DNA of 63,372 nucleotides, counting the filler, from Octopus bimaculoides (Eukaryota), in the NCBI RefSeq assembly GCF_001194135.2. It is 9 parts of 9 records of this genome, joined end to end, with 100 filler letters (N's around TTAATTAATTAA, not from the genome) between each part and the next. Parts side by side here need not be neighbours in the genome. Positions count along the whole stretch, not along the records: positions 47,202 to 50,795 come from NC_068992.1; positions 50,896 to 61,099 come from NC_068987.1; 7 more parts are not named here. One strand, 5' to 3'. The position numbers and the translations under genes are program-made. The notes beneath the pieces are model-generated. The model had not been told where the DNA came from, made no database searches, and worked only from the letters and a program-made list of their open reading frames with translations. This document shows positions 49,371 to 61,099 of the stretch, piece by piece (position 1 is the first letter of the stretch; each line of letters starts with the position of its first letter).

Positions 49371-50269
49371 CGTACAGAAGTTGCGTGTGTAATTTCATCC
49401 GATCTCAAGCATCCGGCTGTATATATAACAGATCATAAAACACACTTTGAATTGTATATCCTTTTCTCACCTTCCACTATAAAAGTAGTAAATATGCAGT
49501 GCGCTATAAATACAACGAATGCACGTTTGGTTCATTTACATGTCATCTATCGTGCTAGATATAGAAGCTAAATTTCCGCCAAAATCACATTTCAACTTAG
49601 AAAGTGGAAGCGTAGACCTGGAAGAAAAGTGACGAATCATTTTGTTCATTACAGTAAGAATCGTGTAACCTTAGAGACCAATTGACCTGGGTTTAAAAAA
49701 AAACTCCAAAAACCAGTTTCGCTGAATGATTTTTTTTTTCTCCTTTCTTGTCTGTTTTTACTCAAGCTGTTGCAATTAGTGGCCACTATTCATCTAATCA
49801 CACACATGCATACAGTGCCTAATATCTGAAATAAGTGAATTTCAATCGGTTAATATAGTCGACGATTCACTGTCGCTATAAAATGTGGCTTGATGACGGA
49901 TAGAACATAATTTAATCAAAGACCAACACAAATACTTCAGTCCACGCTCCTCAGCTTATCAACACCAATATCAACTTTCCATATCGAACTTAGGGTCAAA
50001 AGCCTTCTCTATCAGCTGGCCAGGAAATATCCATTCAGTATTGGTACTCCCATCTATTAGGATTCCGCACCCGAGTAGTTAAACGGGTACTACATTACCC
50101 CTGCGACACTAAGCTAGTGCTACGACTATAGATTATATTTAAATCAGACCCTAGCTGTACTACAACTACATATGTGTATATGTTTTCAATGTAAACTATG
50201 CATCGTCTTGCTTCTGTAACATTGCCGTCCCTATTGACAAAGTTGTGATCGGCTTTTATTCATAGCAGC

Positions 50270-50351
50270 AGCTTCGGTAGCAACGATAGCAGCACCAGCA
50301 GCTTCAGTAGCATGAGTAGCATCAGTAGTAGTAGTAGTCGTAGTAGTAGTT

Positions 50352-50413
<62 letters not shown>

Positions 50414-50532
50414 TTTTGCTGTTGTTGAAGTGGTAGTTGTGTTTTAGAAGATGTAGCGAAAACAATAGCAGCCGCAGTAGTGGTAGTAGTGGAAGCATTA
50501 TTTCTAGTAGTAGTAGTAGTAGTAGTAGTAGT

Positions 50533-50592
<60 letters not shown>

Positions 50593-50600
50593 TGTTGTTA
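50270..50600 (+). repeat. (AGC)n/(AGT)n trinucleotide arrays
   Basis: Directly visible. Confidence 0.95.
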
Positions 50601-50980
50601 CTGATTTTGTTTTTTGTTTTTGGCGTTACATTAAAATATTTTTATTCATAATTCATTTTTTTTCTTTTCGAATCTATAAAAAGTAAGAAGAAAAGTAGGT
50701 ATGTGGTTTCGTGTGTGTGTGTGTCTGTATGAGCGAATGATTGTGTGTGTGTGTGTGTGCATGTCTGTGCTGTGTCTGTGTGAGAGAATGTGTGTNNNNN
50801 NNNNNNNNNNNNNNNNNNNNNNNNNNNNNNNNNNNNNNNTTAATTAATTAANNNNNNNNNNNNNNNNNNNNNNNNNNNNNNNNNNNNNNNNNNNNTATAT
50901 ATATATATATATAAATTTATTTATATATATGTATAAATTTATTGACATATATGTATATAGGTAGATAGATAAACAGAGAA

Positions 50981-51028
<48 letters not shown>

Positions 51029-54000
51029 CATTTCTCATACTACTACAAAGTGAGATATAGAAGCAGTTTCTTGTAGAAGTAACTGCTTCTGTTTGAAGAG
51101 TATTGATACTTCTAAAATGTACAATAGCACAAAGGTATACACTTTGTGTGCATATATATAATTATGTTTTTGAATATATGTGGGTGTATGTGTGTATACA
51201 TTCTGCTATATTCATATTTATGTATTCACACATTTGTATATATGTATGTATCGTTGACAGAAATATATCAATGAACAAATATAAAACATTAAAATTAGAA
51301 CAAATATTTTATAACAATATATAAAAAACATTGCTGTGATGGAAAAATAATTTCACATATAGAAAAATATGAAGAAAGTTAGCACATTGCGGTTTAGTAG
51401 TTGGTAGTACTTGGCACCAAAAAGTTGAAGATGACGGCAAAGATATTGAGTTGGTTCTATCAATTGCAACTGTTGTCATGAGAGAAGTCACGGCTAGCGA
51501 AAGGCAAACATACTTAAAGCCGCTGTTTGGTATTTTGAAGTAAGAAGCAGTATCAGATATAACACTATGAAATACGAAATGTATACATACATACACGCAC
51601 ACACACACACACACAGAGGTATACTCACGCCTACACTCACACACACACACATATACATGTACATATGCATGTATGTATGTATATATGTATTATGTATGTA
51701 TGTATGTATGTATGTATGAATGCATAGATGTATTATGTATGTATGTATGAATGTATGTATGTATGTAAAGGGATGGGAAAATGGAGAGAGGGAGCAGAAA
51801 AATAAATAAAAGGTAATGGCAGAGAGAAGACAGTTAAATAGATTAAGTGCAATCCATTAGATGTATAAAAAATAATGTGTAGTAGATAGGTATGTAGGCC
51901 AATAGATTGAGTAAATTATGGATAGAGATTAAGACAGACAGAAAATGACATAATCGATGTACAAATAATTTCAAAAGTAGCTTAAAGGAATATATACATA
52001 TGTGTGTTATAGATGTGTATGTATGTGATTGTGTGTGTGTGTGTGTATGTGCGTGCGTGTGTGTGTGCCCGTGTGAGCTTCTGTGTACGTGTGTGTGTGT
52101 AATTTGTAGAAAGCTTTTCATATTTATAATTGAAAATGCTAAGGATTCCGTACGAATTCGCCCCACCGCCAACAGACCTAAAAAGGCGAAACTATGAAAA
52201 AGATTGTAGTGTTTTTTTTTGCTTTTTTTATGTAAAAATCTCTTATTCTATATTTTGAATTGCTTTTATCGGATGAAGAAACTGAAAATATCCCTTTTTA
52301 AATCGATTGCATTTGTATTGTTTCGATCATCTAACTTCATACAAATGTGTTTGAAAGCATTTATTTCTGCGTTTATGTGTTGCACTTAGTAGACTGAGTA
52401 AAAATGTCGGATATAGGTTATGTAAATGCATTTATAAAATAGTGAATCTTTGAACATGGAACTGTATTCTGGATATGTATCGTTTACTTTATCGTATTTC
52501 GTATGTACTCGAGACAGTTTCATTCTGTAATTCTCGCACTAATTTTATTAAAAGTAGTAATGTATGTAATTTTCTGAAAAGCACTTTTCGTGCAATTCGA
52601 TTCAAGTTGGTCAGTGTGGTAAATTTACAGTTCCCACGTGCCACATATTACCCAAGTAATTTATACTCAGATATCTTTTTTTTTTATTTCCTTTAGTAAA
52701 TATTTTTATAAATTTTTCTAATACCGTGATATTTTCTCTCCTGATCACATTTACCTTATTACATACGCAATCTCCTTTTTTACAACACAACAGTACTTTG
52801 GACATTCATTGAACAGTACATTGACTCCTATTCAATTATTTCACAGTATGAATCTGACCGCAAATGTTGCCTAATTTTTTATTCTCTATGCATTAACATT
52901 ATATTTTGTCATGCACTAACATATTTTTCCCGAATATTTAGTTATGTGATGCCGTATATATTATCTATTAAAATTAGATCCATGCCTTTACATGCACGCT
53001 TCTTATTTTGCAACGTTCATCAAGCAGCCATATTCTCTATTGTTTTCCACTAACTAATAGTAAGTAATTCATGGATAACGTGAGATTTTACTATTATTCG
53101 GAAATATTTACATCAACAGGTTGCTATTCAGTAAAAATCTAGGGTGCTTTTAGAAATAAAATGTTAACTAAAATTGAAATGATAAAAAAATCTTATGTTT
53201 ACATTCTATGATTCCAGCCAGTTTGGTCAATGTAGAAAAGTATTATATATATATATATGCATGGAATTCTACGTTGTATTTCATGTCACCAAGTCAGTGC
53301 GTGATTCTCAACCTTTGCTCTGAATTCTTTCAATATCATTGAAGAGAAATTTTCCCAGCAGAAATATCACGATAACAAAATATAGCTAATACATTTACAT
53401 CAAACACACATGTAAAAATATGCAGATATTAATGAACTGGATAGGGTACAACACAAGCATTAAAATACTTGTTAGGAAGATAAATAAATGCATTTTATTA
53501 ACGCGTAAAACGAAATTGAATGGAAATAAATAAGGTAATATGCACACCAGCTATTAGCGAAATAATTGTTAACATATCTTCAAGTGGAAGCAAAGAGAAT
53601 AGCAAGATCTAGTTATAAAACGCAACAAAAATAATGACACAAATTGAAATTACAACGATTGCAACTACGATACATAAAGTGTATGATTATAGCATCAGAA
53701 ATGGAAATATCTTCCAATTGACACACATTTCAACGAGAGAAATGTGTCTTTCAAGAAAAGACTGTATAAAAAAAAAACAAATATGGGCAAGAAACAAGAG
53801 AGAACCTCAATGTATGGATTAACAATAGAATCAAACATCACTATAAAAGCTGTCATGATAATCATAGAAAAAGACGCACAGAAATCTTTAGTACCAGAAG
53901 GAACACATATATCCAACAGGAACGATGTCCGAGTTTCACATATCGTCTGACACAAATTAAGATAGCATAAATTATTACACATGAGGAAATTACTCAGAGC

Positions 54001-54889
54001 TTTACTCGCTAGTATAGTGAACATCACATATTGATTGTCGGAACAGTTGTTTTTATAGCTATTCATTTTTGCAAGCTTTGAAAGGAAAGATGAAGTATAA
54101 TTTAATGGGATTTCAAATCAGCGCATTAAAGTACAGATGCGTGTTATTTAATTTGATATTCTGGAATTTCTACTACACTACTGAGCAACCCCCATCCTGA
54201 CAGATATATCTTACACTGAAAATCATGAATATATTCAACCAGTTTAGAATATCTGCCAAGTCATATAGCAGCCATTTTCGATGAAATAGAAATAATATAA
54301 AAGCATTTTTTATGCACAGTTGGTTTTTGAAAATAAGCAATTCGTTTAGGGATCTCTATTTCTTTACATTTTGAAGCTGCTTTGTTTTTATTAACTCGCT
54401 TGGGCTGTTGGATTAAAATAACATACACGCAATAAAATGAATGTATATATGTCCTACTGGTTAAGCAATTTCATTTTGTAAAAGCTTCAACGCGTAGTTC
54501 GGAAATTAAACTCAAAGTATCCTATCGTGTAAGTTATTATATACTAACAGTGATTGCAAATATAAATACGGATCATTTAATAATATCAAAAGAAATACCA
54601 ACGCACGTCTTTACATGCATATCTGCATGGAGTAACCGAGTTACGTGTATTTTTCTAGTTTATATATGATTTTAACTATAGTAGATTGCAGTTTTCCGTA
54701 CTTTATATAAATATAAGTGTTAGGACGGGTGTGTAACAACTCCCGTTCATTACTATTCAAATGCTCACTTATAAATATTTTTACTTTCGTTCATTTCTAA
54801 ACCATTTGGATTATTTGGATCTAAACCTTTGCATTATGTTTTACTTTGTGGTCTGAAAGTCAATTGGTATTTGGTATTACCTAAATAAC

Positions 54890-55200
54890 TTATTACCTCC
54901 GCCTTCGCTAAGGCGGAGGTATTGTTTCAGTCGTGTTTGTTTGTTTGTCCGTTGACAAGATATCACAAGAACTGTTGGAAGGATTCGGAAGAAACATTCA
55001 GGGATGTTTGACCTCGTGACTGGCACAAACTGATTAGATTTGGGGGTCCATCCGGTACCGGACAAGGATTCTGGATTATTTGGTATATTTACTTTACTTT
55101 ACATGATTACGATCTTACGTCGACTTTTAAATCTTTCTCAGTTATCACCTTTTAGGTTGTTTCCAAACTTCCATTGTCGTTTCACTATTATTAATTTTAC
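54890..55200 (+). mobile_element. Helentron-associated (HINE/DINE-1/Pearl-like) non-autonomous element, 5' part
   Basis: Perfect 12-bp hairpin TACCTCCGCCTT-cgct-AAGGCGGAGGTA at 54894-54921, followed by (GTTT)nGTCC and a GGTACCGGACAAGGAT core. Confidence 0.65.
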
Positions 55201-55452
55201 CCGCGTCACTATCTTAGTAGAAACTGATGGATAAAGAAATCAAACTGCATAAACAAATGGCAGCAAAACCGCTCAGAAATTAAATATTTTTTATAATATA
55301 TATATTAACACCTTATAATATACTTACATATACACATTCATGTATACATAGATCTAAAACAGCAGGAATACAAACGAAGGCTGGAATTCAGGATGAAAAT
55401 AACAAAAGGTTTCATGCAATTTGTTCTAAGAATTCCTGCGTAAAACGTATTA

Positions 55453-55765
55453 TTATTACCTCCGCCTTTGAAACTATTTTGAAGGGTGAATTTGTTAACT
55501 TTGGCTTGTATTAGATAAGGATAAACTATTTATTACTGTTACTAAACGTTCTACACCCACCTTTACATTCCATGACTACCATTGGGATCGATCAGGTACC
55601 GTACAAGGATTTTTGGGAGAGCGGTCGGGTTCACTTTTAGTATTCTCGTTTATGAGAGCAGTTGAGTTTATTTCAGATATTCTCACTTTAAAAGTCATCA
55701 CTGGCTAATCATTGAGAGGACGTTGGTGTTGCCTTGGCGAAAGTTTGTGCTCTAGAAGCGCTGTT
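55453..55765 (+). mobile_element. Second HINE-like copy with 3' end
   Basis: Starts TTATTACCTCCGCC; shares GGTACCGTACAAGGAT; ends GCCTTGGCGAAAGT (degenerate inverted sub-TIR) plus a GTGCT-ctaga-AGCGC hairpin. Confidence 0.6.
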
Positions 55766-55785
55766 GTTATTATTATTATTATCAT

Positions 55786-55970
55786 AAGGCGGCGAGCTGG
55801 ACGAAACGCTTAGCAGTATTTCGCCAATCATTACGTTCGGAGTTCACGTTCCGCCAAGGTCGACTTTGCCTTTCGGGGTCGATAAATTAAGGGCCAGTGA
55901 AACATGGGGTCGATGTTATCGACTAGTCCGTTCACCTCAAATTGCAGGCATTGCGCCTATAGTAAAAAGG
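55786..55970 (+). mobile_element. SINE family A (internal deletions)
   Basis: AAGGCGGCGAGCTGG head, GGTCGACTTTGCCTTTCGGGGTCGATAAATT, (ATT)n tail. Confidence 0.88.
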
Positions 55971-55992
55971 ATTATTATTATTGTTGTTGTTG

Positions 55993-56062
<70 letters not shown>

Positions 56063-56066
56063 CGCA

Positions 56067-56290
56067 AAGGCGGCGAGCTGGCAGAATCGTTAGCATGCCG
56101 GGTGAAATGCTTAGCGGTATTTCGCCCGTCGCTACGTTCTGTGTTCAAATCACGCCGAAGTCGACTTTGCTTTTCATCTTTTCGGAGCCGATTAAATAAG
56201 TACCAGTTACGAACTGGAGGTCAATGTAATCGACTTAAACCCCTTCCCCAAACTGCCCTTGTGGCAAAATTTGAAACCATAATTGTTATT
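56067..56290 (+). mobile_element. SINE family A, near full length
   Basis: Complete head-core-tail; inserted after the (ATT)n tail of the previous copy. Confidence 0.93.
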
Positions 56291-57168
56291 ATCGTCGTTG
56301 TTGCTGATGTCTCTGCTATTGATGTTAGTGTCGATGTTTCTAGGGCCGTAGTTATTTTGACGCTGCTGTGCTTTTAGGAGAGTTGGTCTTTCTGTCACAG
56401 ATTCATAGAAGAGTTGAATTACCGAGTTTTATTAGGAAATAAAAATATTGTGTCACTATTATCAGGATTTCGAAAAAACTAAGAATCCTCTTTCAACAAT
56501 TATATGTATTTTATTTTGTAAACATTCGTTCAGTTCTGCAACAAAACAAATTCAACCTCCGGCTAAACGCCTCTAAGAATTTCGAATATGCTATCGAAAA
56601 TACTACAAGCAATAACATGGCTTTAATAAAATACAAGAATAAAAGAGAAAATAATAACATTTAAACAATCCTATACAAATAAGAAAACTGCAAGCAAAAT
56701 ATAATTTCGCAAGAAATTTGAGAACAAATTATTTGGTGATGTGAACCATATAGAAATTCTTAATATGAACCAACATTCAGCCAATCGTGGCCTACTAGCA
56801 GAGAAAGAATAGACTGTATATGCCGAAGTGACGAAAACTGATAAAATATGGTCGAATGTTATAACCAAATAGAACTAGGCCTGATGATCTCCAGCATCCA
56901 CAAATACCTAAGAGCTCTACTTAATTATAGAGGTAGCAACATATGTGATACGACTGATGTTGCGGTACAGAAAGGAAGACAGTCACATATGAAGTAGTAA
57001 GTGACATCAGAGGACTTCGTGCTTCATGGAAATTAACGGTTCTTTATCAGGGGTAAACGAAAATCTCGAGTTGTCCATGGCGTCTGCAGATGACAACCAT
57101 AAAAGTAACGAGATGGATGTAGCCAGATTCTTATTCTCACAATAATACCAGCCCGTCATAATTCATAG

Positions 57169-57300
57169 ACGAGGAGCTAATGAATAAGTACGATATGGAT
57201 GACGGCAGATACTGTATAAAGGGGGAAACAACGCAAAAGAAGGACAAGCAGAAGATGCTTAAGACACACGGTTCGAATAATACATCGGTATTTACTTCAC
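57169..57300 (+). CDS. Candidate 132-nt purine-rich exon, product unknown
   Basis: Weak acceptor TTCATAG|, strong donor CAC|GTAAGT; phase 1-1 frame DEELMNKYDMDDGRYCIKGETTQKKDKQKMLKTHGSNNTSVFTS. Confidence 0.2.
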
Positions 57301-57845
57301 GTAAGTACACCAGGTCGATCTTCTAAAAGAGTTTAGAGAAACTCATATGGATTCGTTTGGGGGAAACCAGAAGTGGAATGTCGTCAGAGTTACATGGTTG
57401 TGTAATTCTCGTTAGAAACTAGATAGAAAAACCAGCTTCTAGGCTGATTGCATTAATTATCATCGAATTCATTCATTACACACCCACACACACTTACACA
57501 CATATCGATATAAATATATTTATATATACATATATATATATATANNNNNNNNNNNNNNNNNNNNNNNNNNNNNNNNNNNNNNNNNNNNNNNNNNNNNNNN
57601 NNNNNNNNNNNNNNNNNNNNNNNNNNNNNNNNNNNNNNNNNNNNNNNNNNNNNNNNNNNNNNNNNNNNNNNNNNNNNNNNNNNNNNNNNNNNNNNNNNNN
57701 NNNNNNNNNNNNNNNNNNNNNNNNNNNNNNNNNNNNNNNNNNNNNNNNNNNNNNNNNNNNNNNNNNNNNNNNNNNNNNNNNNNNNNNNNNNNNNNNNNNN
57801 NNNNNNNNNNNNNNNNNNNNNNNNNNNNNNNNNNNNNNNNNNNNN

Positions 57846-59206
57846 AGGAAACGCTTCTGTGAACCAGCATATGTCTCTTAAGTCCGGGTATTGTTTTACA
57901 AACCTAGTGACATATGCCACAGGTCGCAGAAGGCGGTTGGTATTTAGGGTGTCTGGAATTTCTACCCTCATGTGTTTTCATGTGATTCACATATCCTTTT
58001 TTTTGACAGAGGAACGCGATCACACACAATACACATCCTATACTCTCCATTGTTTACAATTTTTCCCTTTCGACAGGCCCGCTTAAGCTCAAGTTGCTGA
58101 AACATCTTTTCCTCCCAGACATCACAGCTCGTCCTGTCAACAGCTCTCCACTTGCTTCGATCCAGAACATCTCCTTCCCAATCACTTTCATACATATCTA
58201 GTTTTTTTTTTAGGTTTTGTTTAATGCAATCTTTATACCCCTTTCTTGGTTTGTGCCGCGGTCGCTCACCAGAGCTGAGCTCACCATAAAATAAGCGCTT
58301 CGGCAAACGATCATCCTTCATTCTAATTACATGCCCAGTCCATCTCATTTGGGCCAGGATAATATGTTTTTCAATTGAGCTACAGTGCGCCCTGTGCAAA
58401 ACCTCTGTATCTGCTACGAAACTCTTCCATTTTAATCCTAGGATGCGTCTTAGACACTTTTGATGAAACCTTTCTAGCTTCTTTACATGACGCTTGTAAG
58501 TGGTCCATGTTTCGCCTGAATAAAGAAGTGCAGTCAATACACACGCTTTGTAGATGCTGATTTTTGTCTGCAGGGAGATATCTCTATCAGCCCATACTCG
58601 CTTTTCAAGCTTTCCAAATGCAGCACTTCCGTTCGCTATTCGATAGTATATTTCTGCATCAAGACCACCATCCCTTGACAGTGTGGTTCCAAGGTAAACA
58701 AAGGTGTCAATGACTTCTAATCTTGTTCCGTTCACAAAGATGTTTGGTTCAGTATATATTTGTCCAAGTGTGGGGGTAAACATTACCTTGGTTTTTCTCA
58801 GACTTACTGTGAGTCCAAAATATGTACATGCAGTGGAAAATTTATCCATTAAATGTTGCATATCTTCCTCTGTGTGTGCCAGCAAGTCAGCATCATCAGC
58901 ATAGAGCAATTCTATGACAAGTACTCTGAAAACCTTTGCCTTACAGTTAAACCTGGTCAGATTAAATATGCTACCAGATGTCCGGAATCTGATTTCGATT
59001 CCCCTGTTACAATCCTCAAATGCATACCAAAGCAATGTGGCAAAATATATAGAGAAAAGTGTAGGGGCAGGAATATCTCCCTGTTTTACACCGTTGTCCA
59101 CTGAAAATTCATCAGATAGATTACCATTAAAAACTACCTGAGCTTTTATGTTGCTGTGCAATTTCTCGAAGAGGCTAACAAAATGTGTCGGGCAACCAAG
59201 TTTGCA
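57846..59206 (-). mobile_element. RTE-clade (BovB-like) LINE, 5'-truncated ORF: RT C-terminal half plus two C2H2 zinc fingers
   Basis: ~410 uninterrupted codons: GVKQGDIPAPTLF; LLYADD (58892-58903); FGLTVSLRKTKVM; FVYLG; GETWTTY; RWTGHVIRM..RLPKRLFYGEL. 5' junction at a (TATG)n tract; 3' end lost in the gap. Confidence 0.97.
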
Positions 59207-60039
59207 CATACATACATACATACATACACGCATACATGCATATAAATATTTTTGTATATTGGTTGATTGTTGCGTCCACGTTCGTTAGATTGTGAATGGA
59301 AATTTAGTCTTTGTCGATGCCGTCTGCTGCTGAGCAAGCTGCATCTTTTCACATTCATTCAGTCCGCTCACATTAAAATGAATACTAAATGACACAGTGT
59401 ATGACACATATCTTGCGCTGTCTTGTCCAATATTTCATTTCAACTACACAAATTTAGATAACCAATGGCATCAAAACGGTTGATAAATAGAAGGAGCCTG
59501 ATAAGGGAAATATAAAAGAATAGAGACAGCTACAGCGGCAGCAAAGCAATGTTACTGTTATTCATAAAACATTGGTTGAAGGTGTGAATACACCAGAAGT
59601 GTTCAAGTTTATCTTAGCCTCTCACGCTGGCCTTCAAAATCGACCGTGTACCGCTATGTCACTGCCCAAGCGACAAACGAAACCAAAAGAGAACAGTGGG
59701 GACATTACGACTGCATCGAAGTGCTGTCTGCATTCTACACTGCAAAAAAATACCCGGAAAACACATGGATAACAAGAGAAACATGTTAAACATGGAGAAG
59801 AAATACTGATAGAAGGGGAAATTTTTCAGAGATAGTCTTGCAAATGTCCGGCAAGAGGTAAAATTGCCTCAAACAGAAATAGACAAACTAATAGATGAAA
59901 TGCTCACGGAAAATAAAACAAAACACTTCATAACTCAAATCAATGGGGAACAATCAGGCAATCACTTAGTATATAATAACTTACTCGATAGGATACTTTG
60001 AATTTAATTTCCGAACTACGCGTTCTATAGAGGATAGTA

Positions 60040-60958
60040 AGAGGAGAAAGAAAAACCAGAAAGCTTCGACAGCGTTCCACACTAATGGATACTGGAATCT
60101 CTTCACACAAAAAGGTAGCCCTACCACTCCTGAAATATTAAATATGCAATAGCAAACCGGAAAACCAGCGTAACATTAGAAAATGTCTCACAAGTTATTA
60201 AAAACCTACGTTATACCCATAAGAAGAGGGATTTTCCAGGGGGACTCATTGTCACCCCTGCTTTTCTGACTTTCTCTGACCCCGCTAACAAACTTGTTAA
60301 ACGAATCTACCATGGGTTATATGTGATATGGATGAAAACTAAGCCATCTCCTGTACATAGATGACCTAAACCTTTTCGCTAAAAACACCATGGAACCGAT
60401 AAACCTTATCAAAATTGTCCAGAGTTACAGCCATGACATCGGATTGAGCATGTGACTGGACAAATGTAACAAAGTCACACTGAGAAGAGGCAAATTACTC
60501 AGCACTGAAAATATTGTATTCGACATAAACACAGGAGAATGAGACCATAACCATCCATGCAAATATCCAGCGATCGATGAAACACATATTTGAAAGAGAA
60601 AATTGGGAGAGAGAGTATTACAGAAAAGTTAGACTACTATTAAACACTAAACTCAATGCTAAAAATAAGATAATAGGGATTAACACGTTAGTCATACCAA
60701 TCATAAACTACAGCTTTAACATAACAAACTGGAAGATCAGTGAATTGAGAAACCTAGATACAAAAAAAAACCAGAGAATTACTAACAGCGTTCCGAAGTC
60801 ACCAGCCCAAAGCATACGCAGACAGAATATATCTATCCCGTTCAGAAGGAAGCCGTGCTCTGATGCAGATAGAGCATCACTATAAAATAACAACAGTTGG
60901 ACTAGCAAACTACTTAGACAGAAAGAGTAGAAGACTACTCCATGTAGTAAAGCAATAC
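60040..60958 (+). mobile_element. R4/Dong-like RLE LINE RT fragment, degraded
   Basis: FDSVPH..WILESL; RRGIFQGDSLSPLL; HLLYIDDL; LDKC; KLNAKNKIIGINTLVIPIINYSF; QIEHHYKITTVGLANYL across several frameshifts. Confidence 0.9.
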
Positions 60959-61099
60959 AAGAAAAAAGAAAGCTTTTCTCTATACACAAGAAAAAAGAAA
61001 GCTTTTCTCTATACACAAGAAAAAAGAAAGCTTTTCTCTATACTCAAGAAAAAAGAAAGCTTTTCTCTATACACAAGAAAAAAGAAAGCTTTTCTCTAC
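60959..61099 (+). repeat. 29-bp tandem repeat, ~4.9 copies
   Basis: Unit AAGAAAAAAGAAAGCTTTTCTCTATACAC; one substitution in copy 3; runs into a gap. Confidence 0.95.

Noticed and set aside
49471-49476. 6-nt minus-strand microexon (TTTTATAG|TGGAAG|GTGAGA)
   Set aside because: Good signals but no corroborating minus-strand gene model; chance level.
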